A stretch of DNA of 64,000 nt from contig OZ219802.1 in the NCBI GenBank assembly GCA_964291655.2, positions 2,240,001 through 2,304,000 on the forward strand, in the 5' to 3' direction. Origin of the DNA: Chloroflexota bacterium (GTDB lineage Bacteria > Chloroflexota > UBA11872 > VXOZ01). The notes below the pieces were generated by a model that was not told where the DNA came from, searched no databases, and saw only the letters and a list, made by a program, of their open reading frames with translations. The translations under genes were made by a program, and so were the position numbers. Each line of letters opens with the position of its first letter. The stretch's first letter is position 1. Shown here in pieces: positions 19,714-30,014 of the stretch.

Positions 19714-21192
19714 TTACTGCCGCAGCATTTCCTGCATGGCTATCGACAACTGGTGCGCCGCGTCGGCCACATTTCTCTCACCGCTCAAGACCGGCGCCAT
19801 GAGATGCTGCTGGAAGAGCGACTGCAAGTATGGCGAAAGCAAGGGAGGTACGCCCCGGCTATAGCCGAGAGCGTCGGAAATAATCGTGGCGTCTTCAATC
19901 CTCAGACTTGGCCCCACCTGCTTGATGCGTTCACCGGAAACGTTGTAGACCGGATAGCCGAAGAACGTCACGGGCAACTGCGAGAGTTCCCGTGCCAGAA
20001 CAACTGCCGCCTGGGCTGCCAGGCCGGTGTCTTTCGCTTGCGCGCCGACGCCCAGTCCTGCCACCGGCGATACCCACGTTGCCTGCCGTGCATCCACCGG
20101 CATGGCCGCGGCATGAATGCGCTCCGGGCCAAGTCCCTGCCCCCCGCCTGAGCGTACGGCAGTTGCCAGGCGCGCCGTTTCGCTGGGCCGAGCGCCACCG
20201 CCGCCGCCGCCTCTCTGGGGAAGTTGGTCGAAACTGACCACTTCCATGCCATTGCGACCGGCGCGTAGAAACGCGAAAGTGCCTTGCGGCGGATTAGGGG
20301 CAATTTGATGAAACGTAATCATATCGCGCCAAAGCTCTATGCCCTTGATTGCCTCCGGTTCGGCAATGCGCACGTCACCGCCCTGGGACCCGAACACCTC
20401 GCCGCCGTGACTCCAGATGAGGCTCAAAAGCAGAGGCACTGAAGCATGCGCATACGTCCCCCACTGCGCTCCCGTATCGTCGCTGTAGGTGAGGCGCTTA
20501 CCCGCCTCGATCATATCCAGCCACGTCCATTCGTTGCCGGGTGTGCCAACACCGGCATCCGCAAAGAGCTCTGAATCGTACGTAAGTGTGTTGATGGAAC
20601 TGGAGAGCGGCAGAACGAGGGCTTGCCCCTGCCAACTCACCGCCTCCAAGGCGCCGGGCGCAAACGCCGAGAGATCGATGCTGCCCTCTACTCTGGTTGC
20701 CTGCTCGAACGGTTCGATGATTCCTTCCTGGTAGAGGAGCGGCAACTCATTCATATTGCTGATCATCAAGACGTCCGGCAGCGGGTCGCCGCTGGCCAAC
20801 TGTCCGCTCGCCGCCGCCTCGTTTAGCGTTTCGGCAATCGGACTGAAAGGGGTCGGCGTGGGCTCCGCGTTTGCGTCGCTCGTGCCAAAGAAGGCGGCAA
20901 AGTTAAAGGCAGGCCCCGGCGGCACGACCGTTAGATTCACCTCCATTTGGAAGCCGAGATTCTGATCGTTGATTTCGTTAGCGGCGGTTTGGAGGCTGGC
21001 AAGGATGTTGCCGGCCTGCGCGGCCTGGAAATTAGCTCCTTCTCCCTGGGGGAGGAAGACGGCTACGTTGACCGTCTTATCGCCGGAATCCCCTCCAACC
21101 AAGTCCCCAAAGAAGCCACAACCGGACGCGATACTTGCCGCCAGCGGCACGCCCCCGATCAAGCCAAGAACCGATCGACGCGTCAGTGCCAT
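19714..21192 (-). CDS. Tat-exported extracellular solute-binding lipoprotein, paralog of 17424..18917
   Basis: LTRRSVL, ASGC; long stretches identical to the neighbouring paralog. Confidence 0.8.
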   Translation of the reverse strand: MALTRRSVLGLIGGVPLAASIASGCGFFGDLVGGDSGDKTVNVAVFLPQGEGANFQAAQAGNILASLQTAANEINDQNLGFQMEVNLTVVPPGPAFNFAAFFGTSDANAEPTPTPFSPIAETLNEAAASGQLASGDPLPDVLMISNMNELPLLYQEGIIEPFEQATRVEGSIDLSAFAPGALEAVSWQGQALVLPLSSSINTLTYDSELFADAGVGTPGNEWTWLDMIEAGKRLTYSDDTGAQWGTYAHASVPLLLSLIWSHGGEVFGSQGGDVRIAEPEAIKGIELWRDMITFHQIAPNPPQGTFAFLRAGRNGMEVVSFDQLPQRGGGGGGARPSETARLATAVRSGGGQGLGPERIHAAAMPVDARQATWVSPVAGLGVGAQAKDTGLAAQAAVVLARELSQLPVTFFGYPVYNVSGERIKQVGPSLRIEDATIISDALGYSRGVPPLLSPYLQSLFQQHLMAPVLSGERNVADAAHQLSIAMQEMLRQ

Positions 21193-21409
21193 CTCTCAAA
21201 CCCTCCTCTACCACAACTCTCGCTACACATTCACTTTCACATCTTGTATTTAACCTCGGTAGCGCGCGCTCTCTCCCATAGCAATGCACGGCGCCAAAGG
21301 ACGCAAATTGAAATACGCCATTGAGTAGGTTGGCCGTGGGACGCCTTGACGTTGCCTATTGTTCTTGCCACAAGAACTGCCTCCCGTCGCGGCCGGCCAA
21401 CAAGCGATA

Positions 21410-21895
21410 TCACTCCTGCAGCGTGCGGATCATCGCGATCTCGTCACACTTGGAGAACTTGGGACAGCGGTAGCACTCTTGCCATACCTTGATGGACAGG
21501 GAATCCCGTTCAACCTGCCGGAAGCCGCACTTCGTAAAGAAGGTTGGCTCCAGCGTGAGGGTGAACACCGTCTTGATGCCCAGTTCCCCCGCTTCCGCCA
21601 CGCAGGCGTCCACAAGCTGACGACCAATGCCTTGGCCCTGGAATTCCGGTAGTACGGCCAGTCCCCGTACTTCAGCCAAGTCCTTCCACATGACGTGCAA
21701 CGCGCAGCAGCCTGCCACCTTGCCGTCTTGCCGCCAGACCACGTAGTCGCGAATGCCGCCGTAGAGCTCTGCCAGCGAACGGAACAGCATGCGGTTCTGC
21801 TTGGCGTAGAAGTCGATGATCTGTTTCATGGCGGGCACGTCCGTCACCTGCGCCCGCTCTGCCCTGCCGGTGTCGAATACCCGAAGCGTTGCCAC
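21410..21895 (-). CDS. GNAT N-acetyltransferase, short ArgA-like (amino-acid N-acetyltransferase)
   Basis: MLFRSLAELY..IRDY, GCCALHVMW.DLAEVRGLAV, QGQGIG, KVWQEC..CPKF..CDEIA. Confidence 0.8.
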   Translation of the reverse strand: MATLRVFDTGRAERAQVTDVPAMKQIIDFYAKQNRMLFRSLAELYGGIRDYVVWRQDGKVAGCCALHVMWKDLAEVRGLAVLPEFQGQGIGRQLVDACVAEAGELGIKTVFTLTLEPTFFTKCGFRQVERDSLSIKVWQECYRCPKFSKCDEIAMIRTLQE

Positions 21896-22220
21896 GTTGT
21901 TGAATCCCTAGAATCTGAATGTGCAATTGAGGAAGTAGCTAGAAATACGCTCAATTACCATCTTAACGCAATCGTCAATCAGGGAAAAGGGGGAAGCTCG
22001 GTAACCAGGCCCAGAATTGGCGCGCACGTGCGGCCTTAGCCGGCTTCCAAGTCACGCGCAGTTCGGAGCGGGGGACAAGCCCCCGCGCTACGATTCGTCG
22101 TGATGAGGGAGCGATCCCGCATGCTGCCCCATTGTTGCAATCGGCTGTGAGATGGGGCTGCTTGCACTATGGCTCTAGATTTCTCCCTGCGCTCGAAATG
22201 ACACTGGGGCCTAACGCAAT

Positions 22221-23072
22221 CTAGAGTCTCCCTCCGCTCTGCCCTTCGACCAGCACCCGCCGGATGTCGTCGGCAAAGGTGACTTCAGAGTCGTCCTGCG
22301 GCGCATAGCCAATCACCTCGCGGGCGTTGGCGATGCTCCAAAAGGCGCGGGCGTTGTTGGAAACGCCGTAGAAGATTTGGAACGGTATGCCGTGCTCGTT
22401 CGTGATATCCGGCGTCTCGATGGACTTCACGAAGAGCTGCTGCAAGTCCCGTGGGCTGATGTACGCGCCGAGGTTGCGCTTATAGCTCGTGAAGTCATTG
22501 GCGGCGTTGTCCGCCGGAATCTGGCGCGGCGCGCCAATTCTCACTTGCACCACCTCCAACGCGCGTCCCATGCTGCCGGTGGCGAAGAGGAATCCCAGGT
22601 GCTCGTAGCAGGCCTTCGCCCAGCCGTAGTAGTTGTCTGAGAGCGGCGGCGCGGTGACGTCGAGCATCTCCATCTTGCGCTGCCGCAGCAGGTGCTCGTA
22701 CCAGTCGGCGGCGTGGTTCGAGCTGGCAATCACGACCCGCCGCACGTCCTCTTCCCGAGCGGTCTGATAGACGTGAAACGCCAGGTCGAGATTCGACCGC
22801 TCCGAGTAGTAGTCGCCGTCGTTCATCGAGTGTCCCTGCTTATAGTTGAAGGCCAGGTGTACGACGGCGTCCGCTCCTACGAAATAGCTGCGGTACGTTT
22901 CACGGTCGGCGTCGCGCAGGTCGGTGATGTTGACGCCTTCCACCAGAGTGCCGTCGCGGGTTTTTTCCCGCGCATCGAGCAACACGAGATCGTACCGCTC
23001 GCGAAACGCGGGCAGTAGCTGGGACGCAACGTAGCCTGCGGCTCCGGTAACAACCACTCTCAAGCGTGCCAT
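22221..23072 (-). CDS. NAD(P)-dependent epimerase/dehydrogenase (extended SDR, uronate-dehydrogenase-like)
   Basis: TGAAGYVA, ASSNHA, YGWAK, RIG, YGVSNN. Confidence 0.8.
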   Translation of the reverse strand: MARLRVVVTGAAGYVASQLLPAFRERYDLVLLDAREKTRDGTLVEGVNITDLRDADRETYRSYFVGADAVVHLAFNYKQGHSMNDGDYYSERSNLDLAFHVYQTAREEDVRRVVIASSNHAADWYEHLLRQRKMEMLDVTAPPLSDNYYGWAKACYEHLGFLFATGSMGRALEVVQVRIGAPRQIPADNAANDFTSYKRNLGAYISPRDLQQLFVKSIETPDITNEHGIPFQIFYGVSNNARAFWSIANAREVIGYAPQDDSEVTFADDIRRVLVEGQSGGRL

Positions 23073-23161
23073 AGGATTTCGTGCCTCATCTTGAATTGTC
23101 GCAATTCTTAGAAATCGGATTCAATTGGCCAGTCAACGCCATGAAGACAACTTGCCAACTG

Positions 23162-23402
23162 CCGTCATTCCGGCGGAAAGCCTGCCCCGAACTCGATTCG
23201 GGACCGGAATCCATCTTCGCCGTGCACGCCCTGGATTCCGGCTTTCGCCGGAATGACGGAGTCCATTCTGCTATTCTCATGTTAATGACGGTCAAGAGGC
23301 GACCGCAGTTTTCATCTCCTTGTGTGGACTTTCGCATGGCCATGTTGATTCCCGCGCAAGCGGGAATCCATCCCCTAGGCCCCGGCTTTCGCCGGCGTGA
23401 CG
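23162..23402. repeat. Cluster of GTCATTCC(C/G)GCG..GGAATCC palindromic repeats
   Basis: Several direct and inverted copies; the family also occurs near 9703, 51500, 51830 and 51922. Confidence 0.75.
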
Positions 23403-23446
23403 GAGACTACTGATTTGGCCTTGTGAATCCTCACTTTAGCTTGGCA

Positions 23447-24496
23447 TTACGCCAGATCCACCATCCGGCCGGTCTCGCCGGATTCATAGATGGCGTCCAC
23501 GATCCGCTGTACTATTAGCGCCTCTTCCGCTTTTACCAATGGCGGCGTGCCCTCTTTCACATTTCTCACGACCTGGGCGAATTGGCCCGCGTGGTTGTGC
23601 TCTCTGCCTTCTTCATGGGCGGGCGTGTAGTCGAGCAGCCCGGCGTTCGGCACCTCTTTGTGGATTTTCAGCGGACGCAACGTCGCGCCGCCCTCGGTGC
23701 CGCAAAGGTACGCGTTCACTTCATTCTCGATGTTGAGCGCCCAACTCGTCTCCAGGTTGATGACGGCGCCGGTGTCGAAGCGGATCTGTGCTGTCGCAAA
23801 GTCTTCCACTGAATATCTGTCTTGATCGGCATCTCTTCCACGGGTAAAGAGGCCGGGCCGCTTGGCCAGCTTCGTAAAGACCGCACCGGTCACCGCCTTC
23901 GGCGTGGGGTGGCCCATGAGCCACAGTGTCAGATCGAGCGTGTGCACGCCAATATCGATCAGTGGGCCGCCGCCGTTCTTGTCCTTCTCCACGAATACGC
24001 CCCACCAGGGGATGCCGCGCCGCCGCAGCGCCAGCACGCGGGCGTAGTAGATTTCGCCGAGTTCGCCCTGATCGATGAGATGTTTGAGGAACTGCGCCCG
24101 CTCGCCAAAGCGCGACTGGAACCCAATCGTCAGCATCTTGTCGTTCTGGTTGGCCGCGGCAATCATCTCTTCGCACTCGGCGGCATTCATGGCCATCGGC
24201 TTCTCGCAAATGACATTGCTGCCCGCATTCAGCGCGGCGACGCTGGCGGCGCAGTGCATGAACGGCGGCGTGCAGACGCTCACCAGATCAAGGTCTTCCT
24301 GCGTCACCATCTCGTTGAAGTCGGCGTAGACCCGAGCAATGCCGAATTCGTCTGCGACCGTCTGGGCGCGCGGCACATCAATATCGCTAATGGCAACGAC
24401 CTCGGCCTCGTCAGGAATCTTTGCGTATCCCGTTAGGTGAGCGCCGCGGGCAATACCACCGGCGCCAATCACGCCGACCCGCACTTTCGTACCCAT
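23447..24496 (-). CDS. Gfo/Idh/MocA-family oxidoreductase
   Basis: GVIGAGGIA, VCTPP..H, CEKPMA, GGGPLIDIGVH.LD. Confidence 0.9.
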   Translation of the reverse strand: MGTKVRVGVIGAGGIARGAHLTGYAKIPDEAEVVAISDIDVPRAQTVADEFGIARVYADFNEMVTQEDLDLVSVCTPPFMHCAASVAALNAGSNVICEKPMAMNAAECEEMIAAANQNDKMLTIGFQSRFGERAQFLKHLIDQGELGEIYYARVLALRRRGIPWWGVFVEKDKNGGGPLIDIGVHTLDLTLWLMGHPTPKAVTGAVFTKLAKRPGLFTRGRDADQDRYSVEDFATAQIRFDTGAVINLETSWALNIENEVNAYLCGTEGGATLRPLKIHKEVPNAGLLDYTPAHEEGREHNHAGQFAQVVRNVKEGTPPLVKAEEALIVQRIVDAIYESGETGRMVDLA

Positions 24497-24548
24497 CGCA
24501 TTTCTCCTCATTCATTTTCCTGCAGTTTGCGCGTTATCCTAGTATACA

Positions 24549-24577
24549 TTGACGCACTCCCTACCGCCCCGTACGAT
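24549..24577 (+). promoter_or_regulatory. Putative sigma70 promoter of nagA-ROK
   Basis: TTGACG-N17-TACGAT. Confidence 0.5.
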
Positions 24578-24605
24578 GAATTGAGCAACAAGGATTGGAA
24601 ATTGC

Positions 24606-25775
24606 ATGATTCTTCTCTCTGGCGGAACGGTCTACACGCCCCTGGAAGAGCTCCCGCAGACGAGCGTCGCGATAGAGGGTGGCCGCATCGCGCACGTAGC
24701 ACCCGTCGATGCAATCTCAGAATTCTCTGGGTCCGATGAGAGGATCGACGTATCCGGCTGCATCGTCTGTCCGGGCTTCATCGACATGCACGTGCATGGC
24801 GCCTTGGGTGCTTCGTTCCGCTCGCCGGCGGCGGAGGACATACGCAAGGTGACGGCGTACCGGGCGACCACAGGCACCACCGGCCTGCTGGCCACCATTG
24901 GCACATCTTCGTGGGATGATACGGTGGCGGCGCTCAAGGCCGTCGTGCAAGCCGCCGCCGCCCCTGCCGGCAGCCGTCTACTCGGCGTGCACATGGAAGG
25001 ACCGTATCTCAGCCCGGAACGGCCCGGGGCCATGCGCATTCCGCTCATGCGAGAGCCCAGCCTGGACGAGGTGGCCGCCCTGCAGGACGTCGCCCAAGGC
25101 ATGATCAAGTCAATGACCCTCGCCCCCGAACGGGAGGGTGGCTTGGCGCTTGCGGCATACCTCACCAAGCATGACATCATCGCCTCTATCGGCCACTCGG
25201 ACGCCACATTCGCCCAAGTGGCCGCTGCCGTCGGCAGCGGCGTGCGCCAGGCGACGCACACTTTCAACGCCATGCGTCCGCTCCACCACCGGGATCCGGG
25301 CACGGTGGGCGGCGTGATGGCCCATCCCGAAATCACCGCTGAGCTTATCGGCGACGGCGCGCACGTGGATCGGGAAGCCGGCAAACTGCTCATCGCGGCG
25401 AAAGGCTGGGAACGCGTGGCCCTCGTGACAGACGGCGTGGAGTTTTCCGGCCTGCCGCCGGGCCGCTACGAGCGGGCGAGTGGCGTCGCCGTAACGGTTT
25501 CGGAAGTTCTCGCGACGCGGGACGATGGTACGATTACGGGGAGTTCCTCGTCGCTAAATCGCAATGTCGGAGTTTACGTGGAAGCCGGTATTCCCCTCCC
25601 GCATGTTCTCGCCATGGCGAGCTTGGTACCGGCCCGGCAGCTTGGGTTAAGCGACCGGAAAGGCTTGATCGAAGCTGGAGCAGATGCCGATATTGCCGTG
25701 CTCTCCCGGGACTTTCGCGTTATGCTAACGATAGTAGGCGGCGAAATCGTGTATCGCGCACCGGAATTCGCATAG
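24606..25775 (+). CDS. nagA: N-acetylglucosamine-6-phosphate deacetylase
   Basis: PGFIDMHVHG, HMEGPY, TLAPE, GHSDA, THTFNAM, HHRDPG, DGAHV, LVTD. Confidence 0.92.
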   Translation: MILLSGGTVYTPLEELPQTSVAIEGGRIAHVAPVDAISEFSGSDERIDVSGCIVCPGFIDMHVHGALGASFRSPAAEDIRKVTAYRATTGTTGLLATIGTSSWDDTVAALKAVVQAAAAPAGSRLLGVHMEGPYLSPERPGAMRIPLMREPSLDEVAALQDVAQGMIKSMTLAPEREGGLALAAYLTKHDIIASIGHSDATFAQVAAAVGSGVRQATHTFNAMRPLHHRDPGTVGGVMAHPEITAELIGDGAHVDREAGKLLIAAKGWERVALVTDGVEFSGLPPGRYERASGVAVTVSEVLATRDDGTITGSSSSLNRNVGVYVEAGIPLPHVLAMASLVPARQLGLSDRKGLIEAGADADIAVLSRDFRVMLTIVGGEIVYRAPEFA

Positions 25776-25786
25776 GGCTAGCGAAA

Positions 25787-26731
25787 ATGACCGGTATCGG
25801 TATTGACATTGGCGGCACGAAAGTTGCCGTCGGCATTGTCGACCAGGACGGTAGCATTCTGTCCACCGACCGCGCGCCGATGGTAAAGGACTCCCACGAG
25901 ACGATGCTGGAGAGCATCTGTACCGTGGTCGACCGCCTGCTCGCGCAAGCGCAGGAACGGCCGAGCGCCATTGGCGTGGCCGTTCCCGGTACGGTAGATC
26001 GTGACCGAGGCATCGCAGTATCTGCCGTCAACGTGGGCTGGCGAGACCTGCCGCTCGTTCCGCTCTTACAGGATCGGTACGATTTGCCGGGGGTCATCGC
26101 GAATGACGCCAATGCCGGCGCGTGGGGCGAATACGCGTTTGGCTCTGGCAAAGACGCACAGAACTTGGTGTACATCACTGTCGGCACCGGCATTGGCGGC
26201 GGCATCATCGAAGCCGGACGCGTGGTGCGCGGGCAAGGTTCAGCCGGCGAAATCGGCCATATTCTCGTTAGTCCGGGCGGCCCGCTCTGCCCGTGTGGCG
26301 TGCGCGGCTGTTTGGAGTCACTCGCCGCCGGCCCCGGTATCGCCCGCCGCGGGCGGCAGGCTGCGGCAAATGAGCTTACGGACATCGTGCGCCGTCTCAC
26401 TGATGGGAACATTGAAAGCCTCACGAGTGTCACCGTGCGCGACGCCGCGGAAGCAGGGGACCCGGTGATGCAGGCGGTGCGCGACGATACGGCGCGCTGG
26501 TTAGCCATTGGCAGCCAGATTTGTCAGCAGCTCTTCGCCCCCGGATGCATCGTCTTTGGCGGCGGTGTTATGCAAGACGGCGGACGCTTAATTCAGGAAA
26601 TCCGCAATTGGTTCCAGCGTCTTGCCGGGAGCCCGCATCCCGACGTAGGGAACTACATCCGACTTGCCGCGGAGAGTGAGCACTCCGGCATTGTCGGCGC
26701 TGCGGCGCTCGTCCTCCAACCGGAATCTTGA
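25787..26731 (+). CDS. ROK-family sugar kinase
   Basis: GIDIGGTK, NDANA, GTGIGGG, GEIGH, CPCG..GCLE. Confidence 0.9.
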   Translation: MTGIGIDIGGTKVAVGIVDQDGSILSTDRAPMVKDSHETMLESICTVVDRLLAQAQERPSAIGVAVPGTVDRDRGIAVSAVNVGWRDLPLVPLLQDRYDLPGVIANDANAGAWGEYAFGSGKDAQNLVYITVGTGIGGGIIEAGRVVRGQGSAGEIGHILVSPGGPLCPCGVRGCLESLAAGPGIARRGRQAAANELTDIVRRLTDGNIESLTSVTVRDAAEAGDPVMQAVRDDTARWLAIGSQICQQLFAPGCIVFGGGVMQDGGRLIQEIRNWFQRLAGSPHPDVGNYIRLAAESEHSGIVGAAALVLQPES

Positions 26732-27310
26732 GCAAGGGTAAATTCTAGGGAGCGTGGCGCAAAGGCCACTTGCCTTAAGCTCTTACCTGCTTATCAGTGC
26801 AATCGTGCTGCATCTTGCTATCCCCTGGTCTAACAGCGTGGTCTGCGCCCTGCCGGAAGCTGAGCGCGCCTCCGCCATTGTTGCGGCGTCATCCTCCGCG
26901 CGGCATGCTCAGTTGCCGTCACTTTCCGCAAACCATCACACGGAGCCTAGCGCGTGCCCTTGACCTGCAGCCGCAATTGGGTGTTCGCGCCGTTGGGACG
27001 CACACGACGTGGGAGCCCCTGCCCGTTGCGATGTCCCTACGTATCTCTGTTCTACGATCTGCATCGGTCAAGTCGACAGATCGGCTTTTCTCCAACAGCG
27101 GCATTCTCCGTGTCTGGCGTCCACCGCCCTTAATCCTCCATCGCTTTGAGCCTCGTAACAAGCTGTAGGCATTACGGCGCACGCAAGCCGGTGCGCCCGA
27201 AATGGCAAAGTGCTCTACGCCACGCGAGCGCGGCGCCGATGCGTTGGTGAATTCCGCCCGCACGTTGCAAAAGCTGTCTCGACAGTTGTTACTATGAAGT
27301 GGGAGGTCCT

Positions 27311-27784
27311 ATGGTTCATTACGGCCACACGACAACTATGAGTCTTGCGCGGACGACTTGCGTCATCCTCATCGCTATACTGGGAGCGCTTGTTCTCAGC
27401 GCATGCGGTCCGCGCGCCGAGCAGGGCGGCAACCTTGACGTAACCGTATTGTCGATCTCGCCCGATCCGGCAGCGGTGGGTGACGCCGTCATCACCCTGC
27501 AAGTCCGCGACATAGCAGGCAATCCCGTTTCGGACGCCACCATTCTGGTGGAGGGCACCATGACCCACGCCGGCATGCAGCCCGTCATCGTAGAAACTGT
27601 AAGCCTCGGTGAAGGAAAGTACGCCACCAAGGACTTCAAGTTCACTATGGGCGGTGACTGGGTCATCATCGTGCGCGCCACGTTCGCCAACGGCGCCACC
27701 GCCGAGCAGCGCATTGACCTGAAGGGCGTGCAGGGCGAGATGAAAATGGACATGAAATCCGACAAGCCCAAGGATGGCAATTAG
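27311..27784 (+). CDS. FixH/YtkA-like lipoprotein (possible metal/copper handling)
   Basis: LSAC lipobox, MTHAGM, GKY..FTMGGDW; GGAGG RBS. Confidence 0.75.
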   Translation: MVHYGHTTTMSLARTTCVILIAILGALVLSACGPRAEQGGNLDVTVLSISPDPAAVGDAVITLQVRDIAGNPVSDATILVEGTMTHAGMQPVIVETVSLGEGKYATKDFKFTMGGDWVIIVRATFANGATAEQRIDLKGVQGEMKMDMKSDKPKDGN

Positions 27785-27786
27785 AC

Positions 27787-29463
27787 GTGGCCGTGTTGCG
27801 CAACCAGCAAACGAGGCAGCGCGATCTCCTCAACGTGCCTGTCGTCGGGCGCTTCTTGCGCTGGAAGCATGCCCGCACGTCCATGCAGGCGGTACTGCTG
27901 GCGGTATCGGCACTCATCCTCTACGACGGTTTTTGGGGCCCGCAGCTTGCGCCGAAGAATATCGCCGGTGTGCTGCCCTGGGTGCATTGGCGGGGCTTTG
28001 TGGTGCTGGCGTTACTCATTGCCGGCAACCTCTTCTGCATGGCCTGCCCCTTTATGCTGCCGCGCCGCCTGGCCAAGAAGCTCTTCCCCGCCGACCGCCC
28101 CTGGCCGACGTTCTTACGGAGCAAGTGGCTGGCAATTGGCGTGCTCCTGGTATTCTTCTGGGCGTACGAGGCGTTCGACTTGTGGGCGAGCCCTTGGCTC
28201 ACCGCGTGGGTTGCCCTAACGTACTTTGTCGCTGCCTTTGCGATAGACGGTATTTTTAAGGGCGCGGCCTTCTGCAAGTACGTCTGTCCCATCGGACAAT
28301 TCCACTTTGTGCACAGCATGGTGTCGCCGCTGGAGGTGAAGGTGCGCCAGCCGGACATCTGCGGGTCCTGTCCGACAAAGGACTGCATCAAGGGGCGGTA
28401 TGGTCCAGTAGCGGAGCCTTCCCTCCGTCATTCCGGCGCAAGCCGGAATCCAGATGTACGGGATAAACCTCGGCAAGCGCAAGATTCGCATCTGCTCCGT
28501 CATTCTCGTGAAAGCTCGCCCCGGCACGGGGCGCGGAATCCATCTTCCGACGAACAGCGACCTCAAGCAGGTATGCCAGAGGTGACCAAGAGTCCTTCCC
28601 AGCCGGCAAGATCAGTAGCAATGCCCGCCGGCCTGCAACTCGTACAAAGTGGGTGCGAACTGTGGCTCTTCCAAGAAGGCAAAGTCGGCAACATGGACTG
28701 CACGTTCTGCCTCGACTGTATCCAGGCTTGTCCCTACGATAACGTCGGCATCCAACTGCGTGCGCCCACCAGCGAGTTCAGGCGCTTGGATCAATGGCAC
28801 TCCGGCGTCGGCACGCTGGTGAAACGCGCCGACGTAGCGGCGCTGGTTTTCGTGCTCGTATTCGCGGCCTTTGTGAACGCCTTTGGCATGGTGGCGCCGG
28901 TCTATGTGTTGGAGCAATGGCTGGCGACACAGCTCGGCGTCACCAGTGAACCCGTGGTGCTCGGCATACTCTTCATCGTGGGACTGGTGGCCCTGCCCTT
29001 TGTGCTCGTGACCGCCGCCGCGTGGTCCAGCCGTGCGCTTGTCGGCGGCAACGAGACGTTGGCAGCCACGGCCACGCGCTTCAGCTTCGCCCTCGTTCCC
29101 ATTGGTTTGGGCATGTGGCTGGCGCACTACGGCTTCCACTTTCTCATCGGCGCGTTGACGGTTATTCCCGTCATGCAGAGTTTCCTAGCCGATTTTGGTG
29201 TGCCAATCCTGGGCGATCCGCAGTGGGAGCTGGCTGCCATAGTGCCTGAGGCCTGGCTGGTGCCCCTTGAACTGTTACTCCTGGAACTTGGCGTGCTCGT
29301 TTCACTGACCGTTGGCTATCGTATTGCAAGAAGCCAGCAAAGCTCCGCCGCGAGGGCGATACGCGGCCTGCTGCCGTGGGCAGTCTTGATTGTCGCGCTC
29401 TTCTTCACCGGAGCCTGGCTGATGACGCAGCCGATGGAAATGCGCGGCACGATACTTGGATGA
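27787..29463 (+). CDS. 4Fe-4S-binding polytopic membrane protein (NapH/FixG/FesM-like)
   Basis: FCMACP, FCKYVCPIG, CGSCPTKDC, DCTFCLDCIQACP; many TM helices; C-terminal QPMEMRG. Confidence 0.85.
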   Translation: MAVLRNQQTRQRDLLNVPVVGRFLRWKHARTSMQAVLLAVSALILYDGFWGPQLAPKNIAGVLPWVHWRGFVVLALLIAGNLFCMACPFMLPRRLAKKLFPADRPWPTFLRSKWLAIGVLLVFFWAYEAFDLWASPWLTAWVALTYFVAAFAIDGIFKGAAFCKYVCPIGQFHFVHSMVSPLEVKVRQPDICGSCPTKDCIKGRYGPVAEPSLRHSGASRNPDVRDKPRQAQDSHLLRHSRESSPRHGARNPSSDEQRPQAGMPEVTKSPSQPARSVAMPAGLQLVQSGCELWLFQEGKVGNMDCTFCLDCIQACPYDNVGIQLRAPTSEFRRLDQWHSGVGTLVKRADVAALVFVLVFAAFVNAFGMVAPVYVLEQWLATQLGVTSEPVVLGILFIVGLVALPFVLVTAAAWSSRALVGGNETLAATATRFSFALVPIGLGMWLAHYGFHFLIGALTVIPVMQSFLADFGVPILGDPQWELAAIVPEAWLVPLELLLLELGVLVSLTVGYRIARSQQSSAARAIRGLLPWAVLIVALFFTGAWLMTQPMEMRGTILG

Positions 29464-29521
29464 GTAAAATAGTGCACATGAAACGTAGCTTCGATGATAC
29501 CGAGGGGATTAAGAGTGTAAC

Positions 29522-29773
29522 TTGATGGCACTGTCACGTTTGACCCGCAATCGCCGCACACCGCGTCGTGCCGGATACCAGGACTGCGCTCACCAACAGC
29601 GCCAGCCTGCGCTTGCGGCGCCGCTCTCCGTGCTCCCCGCCCCTCTGGAGCATGGCGCGGTGGGCGTCTGGGACGAGGTAGCCGTCGGTGCGCTCCTCGT
29701 GGGCTGCGCGATCGCTTACGTGGTCTGGTTCTATCTCAGTGGACGGAACGAGAGACCGCACGACTCGGAGTGA
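29522..29773 (+). CDS. Small hypothetical membrane protein (start uncertain)
   Basis: HGAVGVWDEV followed by one TM helix, directly downstream of the 4Fe-4S gene. Confidence 0.45.
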   Translation: MMALSRLTRNRRTPRRAGYQDCAHQQRQPALAAPLSVLPAPLEHGAVGVWDEVAVGALLVGCAIAYVVWFYLSGRNERPHDSE

Positions 29774-30014
29774 GAGACTCTGTACAAGGCCGGGCCTAAG
29801 CCCCAAGGAGAGGACTAAGAGGCATTCGCCCCCAGGTCAGCCGTCTCTCCGCCCCTGGTGTGACAATGAATGTGTAGCGCGGGGGCTTGTCCCCCGCTCG
29901 GGACATCTGAGTGGAGCCGTGAGCGGATGGATCCCTGCGCAGGCGGCAAGGGCGGCCTGCAAACTGACTGATCCCGATCCGGCAACGGCTCTATGCTTGA
30001 AGTGTCACCGAAGC

